A stretch of DNA of 64,000 nt from Tubiluchus corallicola (Eukaryota > Animalia > Priapulida). Position 1 is the stretch's first letter. Each line of letters begins with the position of its first letter. The notes under the pieces were generated by a model, which was not told the origin of the DNA, made no database searches, and worked only from the letters and a program-made list of their open reading frames with translations. The stretch is from NCBI GenBank assembly GCA_030141605.1, contig JAQGDQ010000116.1, forward strand, positions 62,001 through 126,000, given 5' to 3'. Made by a program: the position numbers and the translations under genes. Positions 1-12,663 of the stretch are shown one piece after another.

Positions 1-382
1 CAGTCACCTCAGTGTATCATAGGTAAAAATAACAGGAAAGCTCGAAAAATAATAGAAAAAATTTGGCATAGTTGCAAAATGTAGTGAGGACGTCATGCAT
101 TTATTGCATATGTGGGCATATTTATTGTGAAAGGGAGATACTGGCGGTTTTAAATTTAGGTATGATACTATAGGCATACCAGTATTACTAGCTTAGGATG
201 TTAAAATACATGAAGACCCCCACTAATTGCCTATCTTAGGTGATCGGACTGCAGTATACATTATCCTGTATTTAATTATCATGTCAGTTATTAAAGGCAC
301 TCATATCTACATCTACATCTACTTACTAAACGTCGGTGTAATAAATATCCTATCAAAATAAATAAAATTCTTTAACACTTAC

Positions 383-3247
383 ATGCTTTCGTTTCAAGGA
401 CTTGGTATGCATTTCCATTAATGATTCGGGTCTGTTAGTTTCCTAAAATTTTGTTTAATTATTTTATTAGCATAATTTATTTCAAATTACTGGTACTAAA
501 ATTCATATAGATGTATAGATTTCAAAGACATAGAAAAGATATCCACTGCAGTGTAGAGTAAGAAGGAATCACATAAACATGTCAGTCATGCAACAAGACT
601 GCAATGTTAACATTTGAAACAATTAAGTCTATTGAAATTAGAGAACAACTGTGTTTGTTCTCTATTACTCGTCCATATAAGTTATCCAGTACTTTGGGTA
701 ATGGACTATTTTTCCATAAATATGATTTAGTTCCTTAGTTTTGACTGTGTACAACTTGCTGACTCAAGTGATCGTTTTTCAGATCTTTGTTTGCAGTCAA
801 AGTGACGACATGTTTGTCTAACTGATTACTTCAAAGAAAGGAAACATGCAACTCCAATATATAAAAATGTCACACATACAAGGCATTTTGCATAGCTTCT
901 AAATAATGCACTTACCTTGTATTGTTTCACTTGCTTTACTTTAACTTCATCATCACCTTTTGAAACCATTGGAGATTCACTTGGCTTCTGCTGGAGCTCC
1001 TGAATAAATCAGTGAACTTCAGTGTACTATTTAACATTAACAGCTACAAAGATAAAGCATCTAATCTTGCTTAAGAGCATTTACAAATAAGTGCAAGTGA
1101 TTGCTCAATCTACCGAAATTTTTATAGGACTTGACACTAGTATAACATGACATGTGGAACAACTTGAGTTATTTCTTACAAGGCATGTAGAAATACAGTA
1201 TTAACTACTTTATGTTCTTTAAATAGAAAGAATGAAGTAAAATCAGTCTTCTCAAATAAACTTATAATATTTTGTGTGCTACATATATTTACACAATAAC
1301 ACAGGTTTAATTCTCAATGGCTAATGTAGTGATAATTACTAAAACTAAAACATTTTTTCAAAACAAGTTAAAACTACACACTCAAAACAATAAAAACTAA
1401 CAATGGCATTTTGAAATGTTGTGCCTTGTCACTGTTTTAATTGTGGGAATTTTTTAGTGTACACACATCCTTTGTACAAATACAACATCCCGAAAAATAC
1501 ACTTATTGAGTAACATTAGCATTATTGGCTGCCTTCATTCAATGCTTAAAGAAGAAAACCAAGCATGTTTGAATGTAAGCAAACAACTAATTACAGGCAC
1601 GTTATACTTGTGACTATAACTACCATTTTTTTCTTTTCTTTATCTGCTGGAGTGTCAGTCCAAACTGATCGATCACCTTTTTCTGACACATTTCTTCTAA
1701 ACGACCTTGGACCGAGGCCAAAATTCTTGCTAATTTCAGGAGGAAGTTCTGTCATCCAACTTTCACGTTGAAGGTCTTCAATTTTGCTCTGTTTAAAATA
1801 CACAATATATAAACAAAAAAAGACAAATTGTGCGTAAAGCATCATTTACTGTACAGGTACCAAATAATAAATGGGTACAATGTGACTGCCATGTTAATTT
1901 TGTAATGTTCATTATATTTTACTTTTATGCTACATAGTTTCTAAAAATGATACTGCTAGAGACAAACAATTAATTGTTCAGATTTACAAGTATGGAGTCA
2001 TGAATGCTTGTTTTTTGTTTATGCAAACCAATGTGCAAACCCGTACAAAATCAGTAGCCATTCACTGTAAAACGCTGCAGCAGAAAGGTGGGAAGAGGTG
2101 GTTCAGAAGAATCAAACTCTTCTGAAACAGGATTTATAAGCAGCCGTTCTGTATCTAGCAATATCCAGGGTATAAATACTAAAAATATTTTGCTTTTCTG
2201 ACTGTTTGTGCTCATTGTACGACCCGGTAATAACTCTAGGTATGGCATGATAACAAGGTCAAATGGGTGAGACAGACTATGTAGCCAACTAGTCCCACTT
2301 TTAGAAAAAGGAGGCCTGTAGATAAAAATTACCTTGCCCGACATTTCAAGCCCAGAAGGGTTGCAAATTATCAAGCATTATTCACTGTTGACATAAAACA
2401 CTTGCTGCCAAACTGAACAACCAGTGAACATTTTCCCTTTCAATTTAGGCTTACTTGGGATAATTGGCTTATTATCTTTACGATCTTTGTGTTTTATTTT
2501 GCAAAAAGTTTGGTACTAAAGAAAGTGGTTGTATCTTTTGGATTTTTTATATGCAATATGATATTTTGCTGCCACATTTTCCTTTAAGAGTTACACTACC
2601 TTTCCTTCCAGTTTGGCTTTCATTTTTTGTGCCCTTGCTTCTAATTCTGTAGCTAATGTGCCATCACTTGAAGAAACATTAGCTGGAAGAGGGCCTATCA
2701 ATGTGGCACTCTCATCCTCTGATTCCACTTCATCATCTTTTGGCTGAAGACACGTTTCTAAATTTGAAGGCAATGACGGTCCAGTAATAACTGTTTCAGT
2801 ACAACTAGAAAATGGCACAGCCAGACCTATTTGTGAATTATCTGGCAAATGAGATAATGGTTTAGTACTAACATCTGAAACTTCAACATCTTCTTTACAA
2901 CTTAGGCTTGGCGGTAATGATGGACCAATAATAACTGCTTTTTTGTCTGAATGGCTGGAAATGGCAACATGCTTATTAGCAGTAGATGAATCAACATCAA
3001 CATTAGTTATATGTTTTCGATAATGTAAAATCTCTGGTTTAGATGGACCAATGCCAACAGATTGATTGGGAGAATTTGTCGAAGACAAATCCCGTGCTTT
3101 TGCGGGTTTTTGCCTCATCTGCTCAGAATGACTTTGCCATACATCAAGTTCACTGTGACTTCGTGAAGAGCTTCCAGTTTTGTAATCATCCCTACGTTCT
3201 GCACTAAACCCTGGAGGTAATGTCGGCCCGTATGTAAAATTACTCAT
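383..3247 (-). CDS. GPALPP1: GPALPP motifs-containing protein 1-like, 3'-partial (4 exons in window, 319 aa)
   Basis: Exons 3247-2600, 1788-1624, 999-916 and 442-383 are all phase 0 with GT-AG boundaries. The translation has repeated GP(T/S)LPP-like motifs (YGPTLPPGF, IGPSLPP, TGPSLPS, IGPLP) and the family's C-terminal blocks RESWMTELPP, FGLGPRSF, DRSVWTDTPADKEKK and RPESLMEMHTK. The last exon(s) lie before position 1. Confidence 0.88.
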
Positions 3248-4225
3248 ATCTGACTCCCGTGTGTGAATATGTCTTTCAGCTTTTCTGCTTTTCCTCACAG
3301 TTTTCCTTTCACAATGTTGCTCACATAAAAATTGCTCTAAAAAAAAGTGAAATGTATTTAGCTGTAAGTAAACACTGTTGTTTTTTATTTGTGGGAAATG
3401 GACACCAAGTCTAGATGACACAAGGAGGGTAAATAGACATTGGCTAATGACTGGGAAATATTGCAGTGTCGCATGTAAGACTGATAGCTTATGTGACCAG
3501 CCACTCATTTGCAGTTTTACTGATAGAACAACAATACAGAAACATTGCCCAGCTTATGTACATGTAACTTCTGTTTTAGCCAAGAATATCAAAATCCTGA
3601 AATAAGCCTGAAATAAAATCACTTATCTATCCTGCTAGACAATGCGAAAAAATCGTAGACATACATCACGTACTCCGGTGCGGGGCATCATAAGGCAGTA
3701 CATTGCAAGGTGGTACACAAAGACAAAGACACAGACACAAACAATTTATTTTTCTTCTCTCAACCACATAATGCAACAACTCAACAATTACAATTGGTGA
3801 CGACATCATGTTAGTGGTGCAGCAGAAAGGGCAACGAGAAACCAAACTGGTCATCAAATCTGCTGTCACAAGTCATCATAATATTAATATACCATAATTC
3901 ATTAGTGGGCACTACAGATTGGGTTACAGAATTAACAAAATGTGTACCTTTATGATGTTAGGCATTTTAAATAATTAGTATTAGTATTACAGACTTATTA
4001 AAACATCATTTTTGCATTGCATATCATTGCATTTTAAATAACTCATGAAATTCACTCGATTATTAATTCGTTTCCTTATTATAAAATCTCACTCAGTTAC
4101 TTATAAATAAGGAAAACTGTCATTAAACTTAGTAGCAGTAATGTATAAAAACATTACTAGCATGTAATTAGATTGACAGCACGATAAAAATTAATGATAA
4201 TTTATTGCCTTTCTAAGTTATAAGC

Positions 4226-4757
4226 CATGAGTTCCCAACCTTGAGGAAGGGACCCCAATTAGGGTCACGAAGCACTTTTTGTGGGGTCACGGACTAGTCA
4301 AAAAATGCTGTTTTCATGAAAGTATGTAAGTACCTCTTGTTTCTTCAGTCTCTCATTAAATCATTTTGTTCTGGAAAGTGGGCTTTCCCACTCTAAAAGC
4401 GGTATACCAGTGCTTGATTTTCCGGGAAAATGAAAATGAGCGTTATTCTGTATAGTGTACATCACCCGAAAGCGTGTCTCCTTAAATTGTATTTGATCTC
4501 CTTAAATACCTATTACTGAGAAACAGGTGCAACCATCACATGAATGAATTAATGAAATAATCACTCAATTTCAATAATTTGTCGAGTAGTAAGCTAAAAT
4601 GAATAAACGATGTGTAATAATGATAACATGATTAAAAGATCAAATAAATGATCATGATGTGTAATAGTATAACATGTGATTATGTTCTTCGTGGGATCGC
4701 GATATGATGCAGGGTTCTGGAAAGGGGTCGCCATCAATAAAAGGTTGGGAACCACTG
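4226..4757. mobile_element. Non-autonomous hAT (Charlie/Buster-like) MITE
   Basis: Imperfect TIRs CATGAGTTCCCAACCTT ... AAGGTTGGGAACCACTG, with subterminal GGGGTC(A/G)C repeats. The 8-bp flanks TTATAAGC and TCATAGCC both fit the nnnTAnnn target pattern. Confidence 0.7.
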
Positions 4758-5454
4758 TCATAGCCAATTCAAACTGTAACAAATTATGCATTTCTGTAAT
4801 ACAAATGATGAGATGAGTTCCATTGGGTGTACTTTCCTTCCATTTCAGGACTGTGAATATATAACGATATCACTTCCAAAGTAACTTTTGAAAAAGACTA
4901 AATCTATAATACTAGCTGATGTGTATCTAATTGTAAATATTACTAGTAGGACTTCTACGTTATTAATAGTTAGTATATAAAATAGCAGATAAGCAGTAAC
5001 GGTCATGATTAAGTGGTTGGTATTACAGTAGCTAACTATAAGACTAGATCTATAATAATACTTTTGACTATAATAGGAAGCGGTTTTCATATAACTGGGA
5101 AGTCTATTCTGTAAAACAGCCCCCGGTATTTCAGTGACTTCTATATTTGTATTGTAATGTTTTATGTAGTAATTGCTGCTAGCAAAACTAATGTCTATAG
5201 AGTGATAGCAATCAGAAAACAGTACTGAAAGACTTATGTTAGAATCTGTGAAAAATTTGTTTAATTCCAATTTTTGTATACCTTTTAGTTTTAGCAGATA
5301 ATTCATAATACAATGGCATAGTATGAGCCCTTCTACTGGAAAAAGGTCATTAATTTAATAAATTTTTAGTATGACAGACTGTAGGGGATTTCAGTGCTGA
5401 ATTCAAAGCAGTGCCCCAAGCCAGTATGGCATGCTGCAGATAAAGCAAAACAGT

Positions 5455-6430
5455 TAGATTTTTTGATTTGATTTTGATTTGATTTGAATATCTTTATTGA
5501 CATAAACATATGATAATAACAATGTAATAATTCATGTGTTAATTAATACTGTAAAATGTTATTAAAGCTGTTTCCAGCCCACTTGGGCTTACAAGTCAAT
5601 TTCATGAAAATTTATCACATAATAACTGTGCAGTTCATTTAAGTTAGAAATAAATGAGTTTCATTGAATCTTTAGTGATATTATTCCTAATTTTAAACAA
5701 CATTCCATTAATTCCACTTGTCTTGCTGATAATGTGTCGAATATGAGAATGCCTTGTTTATTTATAGTCTGCAATTATTCCTAAATATTTCAGTTGTTTG
5801 GTTTGCTGTTGAATATAGCTACACACCATTAGATTTAATGTTATATTCTTAACTTCTTTGAGGCTACTACTGTGGCAGCACATGGTACTACAGAACATAG
5901 ATAGTACATACAAAGACGAGACAGTACACGGACTCAGCACCGTGGTATAAGCCAGGCGGGTGCGGCGGCAAGCCAGAGGCAGACACAGTGCAGCAGTAGT
6001 GCAGTACAAGCGAGTAAGTGACGTTGCATTTCATGGCAAGGCAGTGCACAGGAGTCAAGTAAGCACCAACGTCTCACGTAATACCCCTGGTATACAATAA
6101 ATAATCATACCAATCTCAAAGCAGCTTTTTACTTGGATCTTGCAGTCTTCTTACTTGAATTCGCTTACTCCAACTCAGAGCAAGGATCTTTCTTCACCAC
6201 ATCACATAACTATAGTTATTGGATACTTGTTAGACCATGTGACATCTAATAACTTTCTGTAGAAAGTAGAAACATCTTTTAAAAACAGTTTCTTTTTTGC
6301 ATGACTTTTTATTGACAGGACAGGAATTAATTTAATAATTCAGAATAACAGATTCATTCATAATATCCAGAAATGATGCTGACAAGCCATTGATTTGAAT
6401 TTTTTCTAAATTTTGAAGTCTAGTATTTAT
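5455..6430 (-). mobile_element. Degenerate L2/CR1-type LINE 3' fragment, interrupted by a GC-richer insertion
   Basis: Minus-strand remnant LKYLGIIAD (the RT thumb-region YLG motif) with many stops. It ends in AATAAA followed by a (CAAAT)n microsatellite tail at about 5495-5458. Confidence 0.55.
5871..6201 (+). mobile_element. Possible solo LTR
   Basis: About 330-bp GC-richer block with TGTGG...CCACA termini and an internal AATAAA near 6097, interrupting the LINE remnant. No clean TSD. Confidence 0.4.
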
Positions 6431-6439
6431 GTTGGTTAC

Positions 6440-6720
6440 AACGACAACATCATCATCAGCCAATGAACCATAAGTCCAGTGACATGATTCTGCTCACTTC
6501 TTTATGCCAGGACTCCCTATTGGCTGCAATGTCCCACGTGCATTTATCTGTAAGGATCAGTGCCAAAGTGTTTATATCTTTCTGCAGGAGGACAAACGTT
6601 AACATATTATGCGGTCACGTCTTGACATTCATTCATTTACCGTGAGAATCGTGAATGAATGGAATAAACTGCCTGCCACAATGATTTGGATTCATGCAGA
6701 AACATGTCTGCGTTTTGCTA
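6440..6720 (-). mobile_element. RTE-clade LINE 3' remnant
   Basis: Minus-strand translation includes TWDIAANRESWHKE, resembling the W-x-x-x-A-x-DR-x-x-W end of RTE ORFs, followed by a (GAT)n/(GTT)n tail. Confidence 0.5.
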
Positions 6721-7948
6721 CAGCATGATACTAGTACCATTAGTTATAGATGCCTATGTTTTTGCTCTATGTATGTGTATATAATGCACCAAATCATTAC
6801 AATCATTGTAGTTAAAGTGCAAGTGTCACAAAAAGTTGTTTAGAGATTAAGTGTATGATATAACCCAGTTTTGGATTACTTACACAACGGCTACCAAAAT
6901 TAAAGCCACAAAAATAGCCAAAACAATGGGGGTACCAAACATTATAATTTTTTGCTCAGTTAGTTCCTTCAGTATATGTTTTCAGTACTTATTTCAGTTT
7001 TCAGTCTTTGTGTATGCTTATTTTTATATCCCTTACCATTTATTGTGACTTTATATGCTTATCCACTGCTGATAGTTTTTTGTTTCGTTTCTCAGTCTGT
7101 TTTGCTTGTTTGTTTTGTGTTTTCTTTTATTTTGCATATAACTTTACTACTTAAAACTAGTGATTCATTTTTCGTTATCATTTCTTCATTATTATAATTT
7201 TTCAGTTTGGCAGGATTTTTTTTTCATCCTAATTTAAATCGTCGCTAGATTGGCGATTTGCTGATCTCTAGCTTCTACGGTTTTTTCGCCACCCTTTCTC
7301 TAAATACTAATAACTTAATTTGCTCTGTACTTTTTGTGTGTTACAAGAGATAAAATAAATTTATCTGAATCTGACAATTACTTCGTGGAAAAAGATGGAG
7401 TTTCTATGAGTGTACTCGCTTAACTCCTACTAAATAAACAGTACACTAAGGCACTTCTTGAATCTTACGTATAAATCAAATTTTGTCTATTAGATGTACA
7501 TTTTTGTGGTAATTTTTGCTGAAAAACAATTTTTTATAAGGTGCAAACTAACTTTCTATAATGTCCAATAATGAACATGCATCTTATATTACAGGCAACA
7601 CCGTCAGCAAAATGGACATGATTTGGCTCAGAAACAATTGTGAGGTATTTTCAATGAGTTGCTTAGTAGTTCATAAATTTGTCATGGTTTTTGTTTTTTT
7701 TGTTGTTGTTGTATTTTTGTATTTCTGCACGTTTATGTATTTATAATATAGTTGTGTCTGCTGTCATTAGCGTCTTTTTGTTTACTGTCTTTTGAGAAGG
7801 GTAGTTGACTCGATAACCTTTGGTTTTTCACCACCCTTTCTCCCATGTTCGTTTGTGTGTATTTTATTGTCAAATCATCGTAATTTATGGAGAAAAATAA
7901 AATTATTATTACTAAAATATTATTACTATTACTCATGACAGCACAACA

Positions 7949-8719
7949 TGTTGGGAGCCGAGTGGACCACTGCGCCAAGTAGACCAATTGGTCTATTTGG
8001 GCTAGCCCAAGTAGACCGCGGTCTACTTGGGCTGCCCAAGTAGGACACTAGAGACAGGTCGCGAATTGAGTCGTTAAGTGTACTGACACCGTCCGATGTG
8101 CTTGTTTATGTAATAATAATAATTAAAAACGTTAGTACACGTTGAATAATTTATTATACATCTAATAAAATAAAAGAATTTTATTCTGAGCTGGTAGAAC
8201 GGACAATATTAAATTTGGTTTCGATATTAATGTTGTTGAAGTGAAAAAAACCACTTTTTTGCGAATACAAAATTTCTTTAAGGTATATAATTTTTGATTT
8301 TGTCTCACTTCACAAACAGGTGATCCGTTTCACTAACTCTTGGGCAAATAATTGTTTTCTTATAAGTAAACGTTCTAGCAATCTATGTGTCCTACATGGG
8401 CTAGCGAGCCATGTAGGACAGTGCCCTACATGTTACAATACTACTGATAATATTAAAACTAATTATCCTTGCTTTTCTTAAATGTTAAAAATTACTTTTT
8501 GGTGTTGTGAAGGCTTAGCAGCATCTGTCTTATTTTTAAATTTGCAATTATTTCTGTAAATAATAAAATGAAGAAACTTTCACAGAATTTTCAAAAATTT
8601 GACAAAATTACCGATTCTCGACAAAAATCGCTAGTGTCATACTTGGGCTGCCATGTAGGACACTACTTTTAGCGCATCAAGTGGTCTACTTGGCGCAGTG
8701 GTCCATTCGGCTCCCAACA
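7949..8719. mobile_element. Non-autonomous TIR DNA transposon, TGT...ACA ends, 5-bp TSD (Ginger2/Tdd-like), copy 1
   Basis: About 37-bp near-perfect TIR TGTTGGGAGCCGAGTGGACCACTGCGCCAAGTAGACC / GGTCTACTTGGCGCAGTGGTCCATTCGGCTCCCAACA. CAACA flanks both sides (7944-7948, 8720-8724). Repeated GTAGGAC/GTAGACC subterminal motifs. Confidence 0.85.
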
Positions 8720-8746
8720 CAACAGTATAACACTCAACACAACGAC

Positions 8747-9716
8747 TGTTGGGAGCGGGATAGGACATAAGCCAAAGTAGGACAATTGGCGTACATTGGC
8801 TAGCCCTAGTAGGACGCGTCGTACGTAGGCTAGGGGAAGTAGGACGCGTCGTACATGGGCTGCCCAAGTAGGACACTAGAGACAGGTCGCGAATTGAGTC
8901 GTTAAGCGTATTGGCACCGTCCGTTGTCCTTGTTTATGTAATAATAATAATTAAAAACGTCAATACACGTTGAATAATTTATTATACATCTGATAAAATA
9001 AAAGAATTTTATTCTGAGCTGGTAGAACAGACAGTATTAAATTCGGCCTCCGATATTAATGTTGTTGAAGTGAAATAAACCCACTTTTAGGCGATTTTAA
9101 CATTTGTTTAAGGTATATCATTTTTTATTTTGTTTCGCTTCACAGACAAGTGATCTGTTTCACTACTTCTTGGACAAATAATTGTTTTCTCCTAAGTAAG
9201 CGTTCTAGTGATCTATGGGCCCTACATGGGCTAGCAAGCTATGTACGACACTGCCCTACATGTTACAGTACTATTGATATTATTGAAACTAATTGTCTTT
9301 GCTTTTCCTAAATGTTAAAAATTACTTTTTGTGTTGCCTGAACGCTTAGCAGCATCTGTCTCATTTTTAGACTTGCAATTATTTCTGTAATAACTGTGTG
9401 CATAGTTTCTCTCTTTAAAGAATTAGATGCTTAATTTAATGTTATGATGATATTAATGGAGCTAATAAAAATGATGATATTATTGTAAAAAATACATTTG
9501 TAATTTGCCAAGGACTATCCATCATTATTATAAAGTTATTTTTTTCTAAAACAAATTTAATCTTATGTTTTGTATGTCATAATTCTCGATTCTCGACAGA
9601 AATCGCCAGCGCTCCACATGGGCTGCCCATGTACGACAGCGTTTTTCCGCAAATTTAACCCATGCGTTTCAGTGGAAATGTCCTACTTCGGCTAGTGGCG
9701 TACTCTGCGCCCTACA
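8747..9716. mobile_element. Related TIR DNA transposon, copy 2 (diverged subfamily)
   Basis: Starts TGTTGGGAGCGGGATAGGAC and ends ...TACTCTGCGCCCTACA. The internal sequence is collinear with copy 1 plus about 200 extra bp. Flanks are ACGAC / ATGAC, a 5-bp TSD with one CpG-type change. Confidence 0.8.
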
Positions 9717-10569
9717 ATGACTACTATCAAAACATCAAAAGCAAAACAAGAAACCTGATTAAGTTTGCGCTACATGGTTTTGCATTCGCCAAGATTTCAC
9801 TTCTTGCTGATAGAAGTCAGTTTACGGCGATATACATTTGACTGTTTGCAAGAAATCAACAAGGTATAATTATTTGTCTAAATTGTGTTGCTATCTGTTC
9901 TGAGGAAAACATTTGAAGTAAGCCTGCTTCACGGAGTATTTGATACCAGCTTCACATCAAAACATCAAGCTGCCTACTAGGCGAAACTTAGTCACGTTTG
10001 TAACTTTGGATACTTGTGTGTTACATTATTCAGTCTGCTTACTCAGTTTACTTGCTACTATCCTGATTTGTCAAACACTTTTAGCAGTTGAAGAGAAAAT
10101 TTGTTACCAAGCCACTTCGCTGGTATAGTAGAACTAAAAGCTAATGAATCGGCATTCTTTAAGTTTACCTTTAAGTTCAAGTATGATGCTTGCATAGCAA
10201 AATCGTCTGTAAGTCGGCAATTAACGTTTTCTAGTTATTTACATACCCTGAGTCTCCATTTCATGAGGATCATTTTGATATCAAGCTCATCACTCTATGT
10301 TATTTCTAAGCTGAGGTAATCCACTTTGAAGTTGAGGTGCAGGCTATGCAGTGAAAAACATAATCTTGAGAAAATCGCTGTTAAAGTCAGCCATTGTTTT
10401 TTGTCGCGTCTCTACAAAACACTTAGCAACCGTACGAAAGTGTAGTTGCTATGGACTTTGCAAGAGCATATTGAAGTTATGTTTAAATCCAGTAGATGGC
10501 TGTTTCTGATGAAGATTTAGGCTTGTCAACAGAAAAATCCGAAGCAAAATCATCACATCTGCAATTTTA

Positions 10570-11815
10570 TCCAGAGTTCCTCAGGGAAGTGTTCTCAGGC
10601 CACTGTTGTTCCTCATTTCCATAGATGATCTAGACCAAGGAATCTTTTCTAGGCTGTTGAAATTCCCCGATACTGTGAGCACCGTACAGCAAGTAGAACA
10701 AATTCAATGGGACTTACACACCAAATCGGTTACATACCAATGGGCTACATCTTGGCAAATGGAATTCAACATCTCTGACTGCAAGTGCAAAGTCATTCAC
10801 GTGGGATATAATGACAATCATCACCAGTATTACTTTAGCAACACTATTTTACCAGCAGTTGACCTAGAAGTAGACTCAGGATTTATCACTAATGCCAGTC
10901 TCAACTTCCGTATCCATATTGTTAGTAAAGCAAAGAAAGGAAATCAACTTCTCGGACTCATATCAAATACAATTTTGTACATGTAATATTACCTCTTTAT
11001 ATATCTATTGTCAGACCTCACTTGGATTATGTAAGTCAAGTTTGGCACCCATAATTCAAGAAGGACATCGACATCCTAGAAAGAGTGCAAGTCAATATGA
11101 TCCAAAGACTTAACAATAAATCATATACTGAGAAATTACAACGTACAATGTCTTGGACTCCATTGTTTCTCTTCTCGATGACGTGATCGACTGATTGAGA
11201 TGTTGAAGATTCTGCATGGACACACCGATACCAATCATGAAACATTCTTCACCTTAAGTGACACTTGCACCAGAAGTCACTTTCTCAAACTTTACAAACA
11301 CCGAGCGATATAAGCACAGCTATATCGCTTTCGATGTTAAAGATCGCTAAAGAAGTTTCTCTTCTCGATGACGTGATCGACTGATTGAGATGTTGAAGAT
11401 TCTGCATGGACACACCGATACCAATCATGAAACATTCTTCACCTTAAGTGACACTTGCACCAGAGGTCACTTTCTCAAACTTTACAAACACCGAGCGATA
11501 TAAGCACAGCTATATCGCTTTCGATGTTAAAGATCGCTAAAGAAGTTTCTCTTCTCGATGACGTGATCGACTGATTGAGATGTTGAAGATTCTGCATGGA
11601 CACACCGATACCAATCATGAAACATTCTTCACCTTAAGTGACACTTGCACCAGAGGTCACTTTCTCAAACTTTACAAACACCGAGCGATATAAGCACAGC
11701 TTTTCTCAACATCTATCCACGAAGAGCACATTATTTAAACCTGCCATTTGCATGAAAGGACACGTGACTAGATGATCCTTTCATCCCTCCCTGTCCTACT
11801 CTATAATTACATTTA
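10570..11815 (+). mobile_element. 5'-truncated CR1-clade LINE (degenerate RT C-terminal half)
   Basis: Translates to RVPQGSVL-PLLFLISIDDL...WQMEFNISDCKCKVIHVG and later WHP...KDIDILERVQ, with frameshifts and stops. The YADD-equivalent motif is destroyed. Confidence 0.85.
11165..11701 (+). repeat. Tandem repeat, 190-bp period, about 2.8 near-identical copies
   Basis: Units start at 11165, 11355 and 11545. Each is 157 bp of LINE sequence plus a 33-bp junction insert, and the third copy lacks the insert. Confidence 0.95.
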
Positions 11816-12663
11816 CTTAACATTGAACTAACAATATTGCTGTAAGTAAGACTGGAGAAAATAAAATGTTCTATGTATGTATATAGTGGACTGTTTGGAT
11901 GATAGTGTATGCATATTTACAATCAGCAAGAAACTATTGACATGAAATCAAACACGATTACCAAGAAATTAAAGTGAAACGTTAAAACAATAAAAACTAA
12001 ACAGAACATTGAGAAGAATATCACTTACCACGGAAGTAAATTAGTGCATGTGCAGGTCTAGTTCACAACCATCCACGTTAAGTGGGGCTTGCTGAATTCC
12101 AGCTTGCAGAGTGCCAAATTGTATAAAAAAAGGTTTTGTCGAGGACAAAATTGACAATAATATCCATGTTACGTGAACATGTATGCTTACATGTAACTCT
12201 GAATTCTGGATACTGAAAGAAGCAGATGCATTGCTGTTTTGATTACATTAAAGATGTAATGTGCATCAACCAATATGTATTGTAAAGATTTGTACCAGAA
12301 AACCAGCTAAAATCCGATCATAACTGTTCAGACATATTTTCCACTAAGTATGTTTGATTGGAAACCAAATTTATCAAAAAAAAACACTGTGGGCAATGGA
12401 CCTCTTTGGGTAACAGTAGAGGCATGTTAAATATTTGAAGCATGTCTTTTTAGTGAGTTTAAATAGGTATACATTTTTAGATGCCTGATATCCCAATAGC
12501 CTTATTGTACATAGTGTTAATGTGGTGTCCCTCCGGGTTTTTGTAATTTCGTAGATATTGACTGAGTTTAAGACTGCTGATTCGGGAAAGGCTGCTGACA
12601 ATGATTCAGGCATAATAAAAATATTACTGCAACTGCCTTGATGCGTGTATTTTATAATTTAGA

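Noticed and set aside
3248-3508. 87-aa N-terminal extension of the GPALPP1 ORF shown in the ORF track
   Set aside because: It reads through a good splice acceptor (TTTACTTACAG near 3362), and family-like sequence begins at MSNFTYGPTLPP (3247).
11165-11701. CRISPR-like repeat-spacer array
   Set aside because: The 'spacers' are identical, the units are LINE-derived, the context is eukaryotic and there are no cas genes.
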